A DNA stretch of 62,644 nt, the filler included, from Choristocarpus tenellus KU-1152 (Eukaryota; Protista; Phaeophyceae), in the NCBI GenBank assembly GCA_964200185.2. It is 11 parts of 11 records of this genome, joined end to end, with 100 filler letters (N's around TTAATTAATTAA, not from the genome) between each part and the next. Parts side by side here need not be neighbours in the genome. Positions count along the whole stretch, not along the records: positions 59,348 to 62,644 come from CAXNAD020020959.1; 10 more parts are not named here. The stretch is one strand, 5' to 3'. Both the position numbers and the translations under genes were made by a program. Positions 61,801 to 62,644 of the stretch are shown here, in pieces; the stretch's first letter is position 1, and every line of letters begins with the position of its first letter. The notes beneath the pieces are model-generated. The model searched no databases. It had not been told where the DNA came from and worked only from the letters and a program-made list of their open reading frames with translations.

Positions 61801-62644
61801 TGGACTCCCCTCTTACATTTGTTTTTACTGGCTGGTTTGAGATGGAATCTGTAGTACTGAATGCTTTGATAGGTTCCGACTGGTTTTGATTTGGAGTTTC
61901 ATAAGTCTATCCTTCCCCCCCCCTCCCTCCCCCTCGCTCTGTACGTTATTGAACTTCTCTTACCCTGTACGGCTGTTGTAGATCACCCCCATCCAGTAAT
62001 GTCTCTGTATCTTAAGTAGTGCATTCTAGGGTGCCGATCGAAAGTGAAACAGCAGGGCAAGAGTCCTATTCAACCTGTAGAACATCTCTCTTGAAGCCCT
62101 GAATACTCGAAAGTCGTCATCTCTATTGGTTTTGGTTCGAGGGGAAAAATGATGGCAAAACTGACCCAACACCTTTTCAACCTTGTCATTAATATCTTCC
62201 AGAGCTCCAAGATTTCTGCGGTGTCGCGAATGACTTTCACATCTCTTCCTTGTCCCTCATAGTTATCGGCAAGTTGAACTGGTTCTTTCACGATATTCCC
62301 AACAGTCGAAACAATTGGCACAACACAGCCTTCCACTACCACAGCCACCACCCTGACACCTTCCTGTACAGCGTCTCTTCTGTGAGTTGTCGGATTTTGA
62401 TGTCTGCGAGATCTAGAGTTTGTCAAATATTCTAGCACATACTAAAACCGTACAACACTATTATTGTAAGTAGTATTATAAAGTACCACCTAGTACTACT
62501 ATACTACTAGATATAGTTTTAGTACTAGAAGGAAGGGAAGTACTATCGTAAAAAGAGGTTGTAGATTATTTCAGTACTATTGTGAAACAGGTGGAAACAG
62601 CTGACAGGTTCTTCGTAATGAAGGGGAGCGGGAAGACCCACAGG

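Noticed and set aside
62070-62438. 122-aa ORF at the window end
   Set aside because: No recognisable motif or supported splice structure on either strand.

Overview
Eukaryotic, intron-rich, repeat-rich DNA. It is not one locus: 11 contigs are joined by artificial 100-bp spacers (N44-TTAATTAATTAA-N44). Gene style, TTAGGG telomere-type repeats and flagellar/centriolar genes suggest a stramenopile, probably a brown alga or close relative (inference). Partial spliced genes were rebuilt by hand from GT-AG boundaries: KLHDC4-like head-to-head with an orphan membrane protein, a NAA10/ARD1-like acetyltransferase, CEP70-like, an ankyrin-repeat protein, a TTLL4/5-like glutamylase, a signal-peptide-bearing SAM methyltransferase, a coiled-coil protein and one degenerate unknown gene. 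Mobile DNA comprises decayed Ty1/Copia elements, two DIRS/Ngaro-type tyrosine-recombinase remnants, 13 copies of a ~260-bp MITE (family A), a related ~180-bp MITE (family B) and a SINE/LINE-tail-like repeat. The most notable signals are: (1) in-register TTAGGG insertions in individual MITE copies plus about 18 tiny interstitial telomeric repeats, suggesting frequent telomerase-type patching of internal breaks; (2) a Copia derivative bounded by inverted LTRs with a gag hairpin; (3) one MITE family with both 3-bp and 4-bp target duplications that also inserts into itself and into its sister family.
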